Made by a program: the position numbers and the translations under genes. Under the pieces are notes generated by a model. The model saw nothing but the letters and a program-made list of their open reading frames with translations, was not told the origin of the DNA and ran no database searches. From assembly GCA_963836075.1 (NCBI GenBank), contig CAWIIB010000001.1:1024001-1088000 (forward strand): a stretch of DNA of 64,000 bases, given 5' to 3'. Source of the stretch: an uncultured Acidobacteriota bacterium. GTDB taxonomy: Bacteria; Acidobacteriota; JAQAZP01. This document shows positions 54,962 to 64,000 of this stretch, piece after piece; within the stretch, counting starts at the first letter, position 1, and each line of letters opens with the position of its first letter.

Positions 54962-55384
54962 ATGATGGACCTGATCAAGAAACTGATCGCGGCATCGGCC
55001 GACCGCCGGGAGATCAGAAAATTCGCCATTCCGGTGGCCGTGGTGCTCCTGGCCATCGGCCTGTTCGCCCTGTGGCGGGAAAAGTCCTTTGCCTGGCCCC
55101 TGGTGGGTGTCAGCGGGTTCCTCGTCGCCGCGGCGTATCTTCTTCCGGTGATCCTCCGGCCGCTCTACGTGCCCTGGATGCTGCTGGCCGCCGGTACTGG
55201 GCTGGGTGATGACCAGGGTCCTGCTCACGGTGACCTTCTTCTGATGATCACACCCATCGGGATTATCCGCCGGCTTTTCGGCAATGACTCCCTCAAACGG
55301 AAGTTCCCCGGCCAGGGGGACTCCTACTGGGAGCCGTGGGAAGAGCCGGAAGGCGGCCACACCAGGCACTACAAACCGTTCTGA
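54962..55384 (+). CDS. SxtJ-family membrane protein (two compensating frame breaks near 55197 and 55243)
   Basis: PVILRPLYVPWM...ITPIG...SYW; the expected TM segment LGWVMTRVLLTVTFF sits in an alternate frame. Confidence 0.8.
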   Translation: MMDLIKKLIAASADRREIRKFAIPVAVVLLAIGLFALWREKSFAWPLVGVSGFLVAAAYLLPVILRPLYVPWMLLAAGTGLGDDQGPAHGDLLLMITPIGIIRRLFGNDSLKRKFPGQGDSYWEPWEEPEGGHTRHYKPF

Positions 55385-55436
55385 CACTCCGTTGTGAGCC
55401 CCGCCCCATTGGTCAGCAAAAAAGTTGTTTCAGGGC

Positions 55437-55465
55437 TTGACAAATCGCTATTATTACTTAATAAT
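55437..55465 (+). promoter_or_regulatory. Promoter with perfect 7-2-7 palindrome upstream of the sigma54 activator
   Basis: TTGACA-N17-AATAAT; ATTATTA-CT-TAATAAT at 55450-55465. Confidence 0.6.
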
Positions 55466-55555
55466 TAATATACACTTATACGCCTGGCCGGTATCCCACC
55501 ATCCGGATCGCCCGCGCGCATCGAGCGGACCGGTAAACGTTTTGTGAGGTATCCA

Positions 55556-57148
55556 ATGAACGTATCTCCCGAAAGCCGGCCATCGCTCCCCGGCAGTCCT
55601 CCGGGGATTTCTGCCGCCGGCTGCCCGGTGGGGCTGCTGAGCCGCGCGGCCGCCTCGCTGAACCGGTCGCCGGCCCGCAAAAGCGCCCTGCGGGAGTCGA
55701 TGCGCTTTCTGCTGGAGGAAACCGGCGCCCGCCGCTGCCTGATCTACATCGAAAGCGGAGAAAACGACACGCTGCACCTGGATACGGGCTGTGACGAGCA
55801 GGGCGGCGACATCAGGAACAGACGACCGGATCAGCCGCGGTGTGGCGGGAACCGTGATCCACACCGCCGAACCACTGCTGCTGAACAGCGACGTCTCATC
55901 GAGCCGGCAGAGCCGTCAACAGGCCACCGCCGGGCTGGTCAACGCGGTGATCGCGGTCCCCCTGCGCTTCAACGGCTCCCTGTCCGGCGTGCTCTACATC
56001 GACCGCCTGGCCGACAAAGTCCGTTTCAGCAGGGCCCACCTCGCCTTTGCCTGCGCCTTCACCGAGATCATCGCCCTGGCCCTCAGGCACCACCCGCTGC
56101 CGCTCGGTTCATCTTCGACCACCGCGGCGCGGACGAGGGCGAAGCCCCGGCGCCGGACTCCTTCGCCCCCATCGTGGGGAACAGCCCGGCGATGAAAACG
56201 CTGCTGCGCCAGGCCCGGCAGGTTCTGCACCACAACGTGCCGGTGCTCATTCTCGGCGAGAGCGGCACAGGCAAGGAACTGCTGGCCAAAGCGATCCACG
56301 GCGGCGGCCGCAACTCCGGTTGTTCATTCGTTCCGCTGAACTGCACCGCGGTCCCCGGTGAACTGCTGGAAAGCGAACTGTTCGGCCACGTTCGCGGAGC
56401 CTTCACCGGCGCCGGCAACGACCGGCGGGGCCTGTTGGAGGAGGCCGACGGCGGAACGCTCTTCCTCGACGAGATCGGCGACCTGGCCCTTTCCACCCAG
56501 GCCAAACTGCTGCGGGTGCTGCAGGAAGGGGAGTTTCGCCGGGTGGGGGAAAACCGGATCAGGCAGGTCAATTTCCGGCTGATCACGGCCACCAACCGCG
56601 ACCTGAAGAGCGAGGTGGCCCGCCAGCGGTTCCGGCTGGACCTCTACTACCGCATCGCGGTGGTGGTGCTGCGCATCCCGCCCCTGCGGGAGCGGTCCGG
56701 CGACCTGCCGCTGCTGGTGGACCACTTCTTCCGCCGCTTCAACGGCCGGGGAAAATTCCAGGTGGCCTCGGTGGACCGGCCGGCAATGACCGCCCTGGCG
56801 GCCCACCAGTGGCCGGGGAATGTCCGGGAACTGGAAAACACCATCCACTCAGCGCTGGTGATGATGAACGGGGATACCGTGCTGGCCACCGAGCACCTGC
56901 CCCCGTCGGTCACCTTCCCCTTTGCCGGGGAGAGCGGAGCAGACGCCGACCCGCTGGACTGCGGCCTGCCGCTGCGCCAGGCCCGGGAGCGGTTCGACCG
57001 GCGGTATGTCACATCGATCCTGGAACGGCACAACGGCAACCGCACCCGCACCGCGTCGGCCCTCGGCATCTCGCGGCAGGCGCTGCTGAAGATGGTCAAG
57101 CGTCTGGGGCTGGCGCCGGGGAGACGCCCGCCGGCGGCACCAGTCTGA
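55556..57148 (+). CDS. GAF-domain sigma54-dependent transcriptional activator (compensating frame breaks near 55815 and 56110)
   Basis: GESGTGKE, ESELFGH, GAFTGA, LFLDEIG, WPGNVREL and Fis HTH; GAF segment ISRGVAGTV...IAVPL...GVLYID in an alternate frame. Confidence 0.9.
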   Translation: MNVSPESRPSLPGSPPGISAAGCPVGLLSRAAASLNRSPARKSALRESMRFLLEETGARRCLIYIESGENDTLHLDTGCDEQGGDIRNRRPDQPRCGGNRDPHRRTTAAEQRRLIEPAEPSTGHRRAGQRGDRGPPALQRLPVRRALHRPPGRQSPFQQGPPRLCLRLHRDHRPGPQAPPAAARFIFDHRGADEGEAPAPDSFAPIVGNSPAMKTLLRQARQVLHHNVPVLILGESGTGKELLAKAIHGGGRNSGCSFVPLNCTAVPGELLESELFGHVRGAFTGAGNDRRGLLEEADGGTLFLDEIGDLALSTQAKLLRVLQEGEFRRVGENRIRQVNFRLITATNRDLKSEVARQRFRLDLYYRIAVVVLRIPPLRERSGDLPLLVDHFFRRFNGRGKFQVASVDRPAMTALAAHQWPGNVRELENTIHSALVMMNGDTVLATEHLPPSVTFPFAGESGADADPLDCGLPLRQARERFDRRYVTSILERHNGNRTRTASALGISRQALLKMVKRLGLAPGRRPPAAPV

Positions 57149-58359
57149 ACAGGGCGGCCATGCAGCCGACGATGCACATCAGGTGCAGATACTGGTTCGG
57201 CCAGTAGAAGAACTCGTAGCCGGCCATGTCGACCAGCAGGCCGATCAGCGCCATGGTGCAGAGGGCCAGGCGGAGCTGGGCAGGCGGGGGTCGGGGAGAA
57301 CGGCGCAACCGCCGGGCGGCGCCCACCAGAAGCCAGCCCGCCAGCACGATGAAACCGATGGAGCCGGCGAGGCCCGTCTCGGCCAGGATGGTCAGGTACA
57401 TGTTGTCGGCGATCATGTTCTTGTGCGGCGTGGAATCCTCCTCGCGGTCGTAGTCGCTCGAACCGTATCCGATAGTGCTCGTAGCCGACCCCGACCAGCG
57501 GGTGGTCGCGAAACATCCGCCAGGCGATCTCAGCGCGGTTCAACCGGTAGTGCGAGACCACTCCCCCGCGGCCCAGGTAGTGCAGTCCCAGACGCTGGAA
57601 GGGCGACTGGGGTATGGAGCCGGCGGCCACCACCAGCAGGATCAGGAGAGAGTACACCAGTGCCTTGAACCGGCGGTCGGTGAACCAGAGATAGAACATC
57701 CAGGAGACCACCAGCCCCAGGCAGGCGCCGCGGGAAAAAGTGAGCACCAGCACCAGGGCCACCAGTCCGGTGCCGGCCCCGGCCAGCCAGCGGGTGCGGT
57801 TCGACGCCGCTTCCCGGAAGACCAGGATGTGAAACGGCAGGCTGGCCAGCAGGTATCCACCCAGGGCTGCCGGATTGTACTGGGTGGACATCGGTCTGAC
57901 CCGGCCCGCGATGTATCCGCGGTAATAGGGGTTCTCCAGCAGATGGCGATAGAGCGGGTTCTCCCCGAAGAGGAACTCGGCCAGCCCGCCCAAAGCCACA
58001 ACCGCACTCATGAAACAGAGCGCCACCGCCGCCAGCTTGAACACCCGCTGGTCGTTCACCGTCTCCGAGACAAGGTAGTAGACCAGGAGAGTGGCCAGCA
58101 CGAGGTCGATGCAGATCCGTACCGATACCGGGGCCAGCCCGGAAGCAAAGGCACCCGGAATCAGGGATACGGTGAACACCCAGACCGGCCAGTCGGACCA
58201 GCTGAAAATCCGGCCCCTCTTTTCCAGCAGCAGCGCGGCCACGGCCAGGGCCAGGCCGACCCGGGTGACCAGGGGAAAATCGTTCTGCACCGAACGGGGA
58301 AAAAACGAGAGCCAGAAGAGCAGCAGGATCAGGCCGGCGATGGAGAGTCGTTTGAACAT
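57096..58359 (-). CDS. O-antigen ligase (Wzy_C)-like membrane protein (frame break near 57420-57460)
   Basis: Multiple TM helices, LTFSRG, HPLVGVG and DNMYLTILAETGLAG. Confidence 0.82.
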
Positions 58360-58507
58360 CAGGGCCTCATATTACCACTTTGACGGGAGTTCCCACAAAG
58401 CATGGCGCCGAGTGTACCGGCACCCCGCTGCATGTGATATAAGATATCGGTGTCCCGGAATCTCGTCTCCCGGCGGGCGTAGCAGCCCGCCGGCCATGGT
58501 TCTCCGC

Positions 58508-59429
58508 ATGAAACGTTTTCTCACGCGACGGCTGCTGCTGCTGGTGCCGGTGACTCTCGGCGTCCTGACCCTGGTCTTCTCGCTGGTCCACCTGATCCCG
58601 GGAGACCCGGTGGAGATCATGCTCGGCGAGGGCGCCTCGGCCGCCGACATGGACAACCTGCGGCACCAGCTGGGTCTGGACCGCCCCCTTGCCGTGCAGT
58701 ACCTGGCACTACATCAACGGCCTGCTGCGCGGCGATCTCGGCACGTCCCTCTCCTACGGCGAACCGGTGGCCGCCCTGATCGCCGGCCGGCTGCTGCCCA
58801 CCCTGCTGCTCACCGTGGCCAGCCTGCTGGTGGCCCTGGCCATCGCGCTCCCCGCCGGCGTGCTGGGGGCGGTGAAGCAGAACAGCCCCGGTGACCACCT
58901 GCTCACCGTGTTGACCCTGCTCGGCGTGTCGATGCCCAACTTCTGGCTCGGACCGCTGCTGATCATCCTCTTCTCCATCCAGTTGGGCTGGCTGCCGGTC
59001 TCCGGCATGGAGGGCCCGTTGAGCATCGTTCTCCCGGCGATCACCCTGGGCACCGCGCTGGCCGCGGTGCTCACCAGGATGATCCGCTCCAGCCTGCTGG
59101 AGGAACTGGGAGAGGAGTACGTCCGGGCGGCGCGGGCCAAGGGACTTCCCGAGAACCGTGTGCTGTGGAAACACGCCATGCGCAATGCCCTGATCCCGGT
59201 GCTCACCGTGATCGGGCTGCAGTTCGGTTCCCTGCTCACCGGGGCAATCATCACCGAAACCATCTTCTCCTGGCCCGGGCTGGGACAGTTGTTGATCCGG
59301 TCGATCAACTACCGCGATTTCCCCCTGGTCCAGGGGTGCATCCTGGCCATCTCCATCATTTATATCGCGGTGAACCTGCTGACCGACCTGGCCTACGGCT
59401 GGCTCGACCCGAGGATCAAACTCTCATGA
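58508..59429 (+). CDS. Peptide/nickel ABC transporter permease, DppB-like (frame break near 58705)
   Basis: LIPGDPV, GLDRPL..QY, GDLGTS, SMPNFWLG and YVRAARAKGL motifs. Confidence 0.9.
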
Positions 59430-60307
59430 GCACACCGGTGAACACTCTGCGGCACCGCACCAGCGCTCCTGGGCGGCCAGGACCGGCCCGGGGCCGCAAC
59501 CCGCTGGTGATCACCGGCGGGCTGATCATCGCCCTGCTGGTGCTCACCGCCGTTCTGGCCCCGTGGCTCGCCCCCCGGTCGGTGAGCGAGCAGGACCTCT
59601 CCCGCCGGCTGTCACCGCCGACGCCGGAGAACCTGCTGGGGTGCGATGAACTGGGGCGGGACATGCTCTCCAGGCTGATCTACGGCTCGCGGGTCTCACT
59701 GAAAGTGGGCCTGCTGGTGGTGCTCATCTCCGGGTGCCTGGGCCTGGTGATCGGAATGATATCGGGGTATTTCGGCGGCCTGCTGGACGAAATGCTGATG
59801 CGGCTGATCGACATTCTGCTGGCCTTCCCCGGCATCCTGCTGGCCATCGCCCTGGTGGCGGTTCTGGGGCCGGGGCTGAACCACGTGATCCTGGCCCTCT
59901 GCCTCATCGGCTGGGTGGGCTATGCCCGGCTGGCCCGGGGACAGACCCTGAAAGTGCGGGAGCTGGATTTCGTCACCGCGGCCCGGGCCCAGGGCAGCGG
60001 GCCGCTGCGCCTGATCTTTCGCCACGTGGCGCCGAACATCCTCGGGCCGATGATCGTCCAGGCCACCCTGGGCATGGCCGGCGCCATCCTCGCCGAAGCG
60101 GGTCTCAGTTTCCTCGGCCTCGGCGTGGTGCCCCCCGAACCGAGCTGGGGCTCGATGCTCAACACCGGCTGCAGCCACCTCTCCACCGCGCCGCACCTGA
60201 CCCTCTTCCCCGGCCTGGCGATCATGCTGGTGGTGCTGGGGTTGAACTTCCTCGGTGACGGGTTGCGGGACGTGCTGGACCCCAAGCTGAAGAAAGGCGG
60301 GGGCTAG
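59426..60307 (+). CDS. Peptide/nickel ABC transporter permease, DppC-like
   Basis: LGCDELGRD, AFPGILLA, EAGLSFLGLG and NFLGDGLRD motifs. Confidence 0.92.
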   Translation: MSTPVNTLRHRTSAPGRPGPARGRNPLVITGGLIIALLVLTAVLAPWLAPRSVSEQDLSRRLSPPTPENLLGCDELGRDMLSRLIYGSRVSLKVGLLVVLISGCLGLVIGMISGYFGGLLDEMLMRLIDILLAFPGILLAIALVAVLGPGLNHVILALCLIGWVGYARLARGQTLKVRELDFVTAARAQGSGPLRLIFRHVAPNILGPMIVQATLGMAGAILAEAGLSFLGLGVVPPEPSWGSMLNTGCSHLSTAPHLTLFPGLAIMLVVLGLNFLGDGLRDVLDPKLKKGGG

Positions 60308-60873
60308 TTCTCTTTGTATGAGATGTCGAAGGCCACATCCTCGTTCATCACCTGCTTCTTGACCATCACGGTGACGGCACGCTGGTCCTTGCGGAAGGTG
60401 AACACACTGAGGATCGGCTTGCTCGAGCGGTTGACCAGCTTCCAGCCCTGCTCCGGCATCTGGTGGACGAAGAACTCGCCCACCGCTGCCCGGCGGTAGG
60501 AGGTGATGCAGCCGAGTACGAAGTCGGTCTCGCCCAACTGGCGCACCGAGCTGATGGAAAGCCAGTTGCCCAGGGGGATGTCGTCGGGAAACGTCGGCGG
60601 CAGGGCCGCGGCCAGTTCGGGCTTCAGTTCTTCGGCCACGGCCAGGGCCGCACCGTCACGGCTCCGGCCTTTGATCGACTCCGGGTCCATGGTCTCGCCG
60701 GTGCCCCGCTTTTGTGCCGCGGCCTTGACCGCTCTGGTTTTGGGCTGGTCCACCTGCTCAGCCGGTTTCTCCGCTTCGAGTGATTCACCCGTGCCGCAGC
60801 CGGCCATGAAGAGGGCCAGAACCAGAAGGATGGTGAAAGACGTGCTCATGGAACGATGGTGCGACTGTTTCAT
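60304..60873 (-). CDS. Hypothetical lipoprotein
   Basis: Hydrophobic stretch ending in FMAGC lipobox; LPPTFPDDIP motif; start uncertain. Confidence 0.6.
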   Translation of the reverse strand: MKQSHHRSMSTSFTILLVLALFMAGCGTGESLEAEKPAEQVDQPKTRAVKAAAQKRGTGETMDPESIKGRSRDGAALAVAEELKPELAAALPPTFPDDIPLGNWLSISSVRQLGETDFVLGCITSYRRAAVGEFFVHQMPEQGWKLVNRSSKPILSVFTFRKDQRAVTVMVKKQVMNEDVAFDISYKEN

Positions 60874-60883
60874 TTCCACCGGA

Positions 60884-61456
60884 TCAGAAGCGGCGATAAA
60901 GCCTGAGGGTCACAAGTTCAAACTGGCGGCGGTCGAACATGGTGTCGCGCCGCTTGTGGTGTTCGATCTCCATTCTGGCCCCGCCCTTGAGAATAAACGA
61001 ATTTCGCTCGGAGGGAACCGAACTGTCGAACCGCAGATAGGACACCAGTTCACGGACCCGCTGGATGGTCACCGCCCTCCTGAAAAAGAGGTTCGGCAGC
61101 TGGCTGCGCTTGAACTCCATCAGGCCGAGGAAGAGGTGCTCCGGGCGGACCCGGGTGTGGCCGAAACTCTCCGCTTCCAGACCGGCCTCGATAACGATCT
61201 CCAGCGCCCGGTGGCCGAATGCCACCCCGGACATCGGCGTGGCCACCGCGGCTTCGGGGTTGTTGTGGCAGATCTGCTCGAGAATTTTCAGCGAATTGAG
61301 CCGGTAGCAAGCAGCAACAGCATCAATCAGGATATAATCCTCACGGAACAGGGCCAGCAGCAGGTGGTCCGGAGACACGATGTCCCTGCCGCGGAGACTG
61401 CAATCATACGCGGCGTATGAAAGTATGCGCTTGACCCCTTGCCCGAGCTGGACCAT
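60884..61456 (-). CDS. Standalone Clp N-terminal (Clp_N repeat) domain protein
   Basis: GGGAG RBS; two repeats VSPDHLLLAL and VRPEHLFLGL; no AAA domain. Confidence 0.7.
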   Translation of the reverse strand: MVQLGQGVKRILSYAAYDCSLRGRDIVSPDHLLLALFREDYILIDAVAACYRLNSLKILEQICHNNPEAAVATPMSGVAFGHRALEIVIEAGLEAESFGHTRVRPEHLFLGLMEFKRSQLPNLFFRRAVTIQRVRELVSYLRFDSSVPSERNSFILKGGARMEIEHHKRRDTMFDRRQFELVTLRLYRRF

Positions 61457-61709
61457 TGGTATCTCCCGCCTGCGGCGCCGCTTCCGGAACCGGTCCGGGC
61501 GGCGCGTGAGGCATCTGCAGCAATTATGATCGGAATCCCATGGTGATTTCAAGTTCTCCCGGGCCTTCCGTATCCAGGAGTGCGGTGAACTTGACTTTTC
61601 CGCTGCCGTTTTTATAATTTTTTGCGTTCAACTCCCAGCATCCCGACCGCCCCGCGGCCGAAATCCGGCCGGCGGATACGGAGGGAACAAGACGGAATGA
61701 GGATGGCTC

Positions 61710-62651
61710 ATGATCAATGTGCAGAACATCTCCAAGCATTTCGGGGAAACGGTGGCCCTGCGCGGCGTCTCCTTTGAAGTGCAGAAAGGTGAGGTGCTCG
61801 GGTTCCTCGGCCCCAACGGGGCGGGGAAATCCACCACCATGCGCATCATCACCTGCTACATGCCGGCCGATTCGGGGTCCGTCTCGGTGGCCGGTTTCGA
61901 CGTCTACGATGATTCCCTCGAAGTCCGACGCCGTCTGGGCTACCTGCCGGAAAATGCCCCGCTCTACCACGACATGAAAGTGAACGAGTTCCTCGGCTAT
62001 ATCGCCGATATCCGGCAGGTCGACGCCACCCGGCGCGTGCAACGGATCGGCAGGATGGTGGAGGTCTGCGGCCTGGAAACGGTGCTGAACAAGAACATCG
62101 CCCATCTCTCCCGCGGCTACCGGCAGCGGGTGGGCCTGGCCCAGTCGATGCTCCACGATCCCGACATCCTGATTCTCGACGAGCCGACCCTGGGCCTCGA
62201 CCCGAACCAGATCATCGAGATCCGCGAGTTGATCAAGCAGCTGGGCCGCGAGAAGACGGTGATTCTCTGTTCGCACATTCTGCCCGAGGTGTCGGCCACC
62301 TGCTCGCGGATCATCATCATCAACGACGGGCGGATCGTGGCCAGCGGCGCCCCCGACGAACTGACCAGCAAGGCCGGCGGCGCACCAGTGCTCTACATCA
62401 CGGTCCGCGGCCCGGCTGACGAGGTGGCCGCCCGGCTGTCCCGGGTGGACGGGATCACCGGCGTCAGGGCCGCTGGCGAACTCGAGGACGGGATGCAGCG
62501 GTTCACCGTCACCGGGCGGGAAGGCACCCGGCCCGGCGAAGACCTGTTCCGGGCCGTGGTGGATGGCGGCTGGAGCATCAGCGAACTGCGGCAGGAGAGC
62601 GCCACCCTCGAGGACGTGTTCACCAAACTGACCACCGGGGAGAGGGCATAG
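61710..62651 (+). CDS. ABC transporter ATP-binding protein (GldA-like)
   Basis: GPNGAGKST, LSRGYRQRVG and DEPTLGLDPNQI motifs. Confidence 0.92.
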   Translation: MINVQNISKHFGETVALRGVSFEVQKGEVLGFLGPNGAGKSTTMRIITCYMPADSGSVSVAGFDVYDDSLEVRRRLGYLPENAPLYHDMKVNEFLGYIADIRQVDATRRVQRIGRMVEVCGLETVLNKNIAHLSRGYRQRVGLAQSMLHDPDILILDEPTLGLDPNQIIEIRELIKQLGREKTVILCSHILPEVSATCSRIIIINDGRIVASGAPDELTSKAGGAPVLYITVRGPADEVAARLSRVDGITGVRAAGELEDGMQRFTVTGREGTRPGEDLFRAVVDGGWSISELRQESATLEDVFTKLTTGERA

Positions 62652-62653
62652 AC

Positions 62654-63370
62654 ATGGGAACCATAGCCGCAACCTTCAAAAAAGAGTTTCGCGCCTATTT
62701 CAACTCCCCCATCGCCTACATCTTCATCACCGTCTTCCTGGTGCTGTCGAACTGGCTCTTCATGCGGGGTTTCTTCATTTACAACCAGGCGGACATGCGC
62801 GGGTATTTCGCCTTTCTGCCCTGGATCTTCCTCTTCTTCATCCCGGCGGTGACCATGCGGCTGTGGGCCGAGGAGAAGAAGCTGGGAACCATGGAGCTGC
62901 TGATGACCTTTCCGGTGAAGGACCGGGACGTGGTGCTGGGCAAATACCTGGCCAGCCTGCTCTTCCTCACCATCACCGTCCTGCTCTCCTTCAGCATCCC
63001 GCTGACCATCTCCATCCTCGGCGACCCGGACGGCGGCCCGATCATGGGCAGCTACCTGGGAACGATCCTGATGGGGGCGGCCTACCTGGCCATCGGCCTC
63101 TTTCTCTCCAGCCTCACCGAGAACCAGATCGTCGCCTTTATCCTCGGCGTGGCGGGCTGCTTCCTGCTCTTCATCATCGGTGAGGGGTTCGTCCTCTTCA
63201 CCCTGCCCCAGGCCCTGGTCCCGCTGTTCAAGTTTCTCGGGCTGGGGACTCACTTTGACAGCATCAGCCGGGGAGTGCTCGACTCGAGGGACATCCTCTA
63301 CTACGTTTCCGTGGTCGTCTTCTTCCTGTATCTGAACGTCCGGTCGCTCGAGAGCCGGAAGTGGAAATAG
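62654..63370 (+). CDS. ABC-2 permease (GldF-like)
   Basis: YFNSPIAY, TMRLWAEEKKLGTMELL and SSLTENQIVA motifs. Confidence 0.9.
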   Translation: MGTIAATFKKEFRAYFNSPIAYIFITVFLVLSNWLFMRGFFIYNQADMRGYFAFLPWIFLFFIPAVTMRLWAEEKKLGTMELLMTFPVKDRDVVLGKYLASLLFLTITVLLSFSIPLTISILGDPDGGPIMGSYLGTILMGAAYLAIGLFLSSLTENQIVAFILGVAGCFLLFIIGEGFVLFTLPQALVPLFKFLGLGTHFDSISRGVLDSRDILYYVSVVVFFLYLNVRSLESRKWK

Positions 63371-63390
63371 CGGAGGGGAGATCGGACACA

Positions 63391-64000
63391 ATGGCCAACA
63401 GAAGCAAAATCCGGATCAGCACCAACGTCATCCTGATGATCCTGATCGTGGCGGGCGTCCTGGCGGTGGTCAACTTCATCGCCCAGCGGCATTTCTTCCG
63501 CCTCGACCTCACCGAGAACAAGCAGTACACCATTTCCGACGCCACCAGGAAGATCGTCGGCAACCTCGACGACCTGGTCAACGTGAAGATCTTCTTCTCC
63601 CACAAGCTGCCGCCGCAGATGGTCAACCTGGAGAACCAGATCAGCGACCTCTTCGACGAGCTGGAGGCCTATCTCCGACGGCAACCTGCGGGTGGAATAC
63701 ATCGACCCCGGTGACGACCCCGAGCTGCAGCAGCTGGCGCAGAGCTTCACCATCCCCCAGGTCCAGCTCAACATCTACGAGAAGGACAAGGCCGAGGTGA
63801 CCTCGGCCTACATGGGCATCGGCTTCATGTACGGCGACCGCAAGGAAGCGATCCCGATCATCCAGAACCTGCAGAGCCTGGAATACGACGTGGCCTCGCG
63901 GCTGCTCAAACTGACCCGCGAAGAGGTGGAGACCGTCGGTTTCCTGGTGGGTCACGAGGGCCCGGACATTTACGACGACGCGCAGTACGGAGCGCTGCGC
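63391..64000 (+). CDS. GldG-like ABC auxiliary protein, 3'-truncated (frame break near 63680)
   Basis: RLDLTENKQYTIS; continues VEYIDP...LEYDVASRL...VGFLVGHE in a shifted frame. Confidence 0.85.

Noticed and set aside
52848-55384. Saxitoxin biosynthesis
   Set aside because: Only the widespread sxtI/J/K-like trio is present; no sxtA, sxtG or other core genes in the window.
61710-64000. Gliding motility system (gldAFG)
   Set aside because: GldA/F/G-like ABC systems are widespread in non-gliders; no motor or T9SS genes are visible.

Overview
GC-rich bacterial chromosomal window from an anaerobe-like organism. Acidobacteriota-like is only an inference from protein styles. It holds about 57 CDS, and I see no rRNA, tRNA, CRISPR array or mobile element. 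Housekeeping genes include PFOR, mdh, gmhA, adk, metG, topA, znuACB, oadGAB-birA, sfsA, dppBC and a Gld-like ABC system. Highlights: (1) a compact RiPP-like operon at 2742-8755 (-) with a 56-aa precursor, RRE-radical SAM-SPASM maturase, HprK-like P-loop protein, gingipain-like C25 peptidase and S26 peptidase. (2) A second, orphan precursor 30 kb away (39203-39472) with the same YxxPVI...AxA-C leader logic, its own tandem promoters and a terminator. (3) A probable selenoprotein split by the ORF track (37860-38969), with an in-frame TGA in a UPYC motif and a SECIS-like hairpin 11 nt downstream. (4) An ammonia-lyase with an Ala-Cys-Gly MIO triad. (5) A Cys-rich ribbon-helix-helix regulator heading znuACB. 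(6) An AT-hook-repeat nucleoid-like protein behind an AT-rich island. Many genes carry single-base frame breaks, most simply explained as assembly indel errors.
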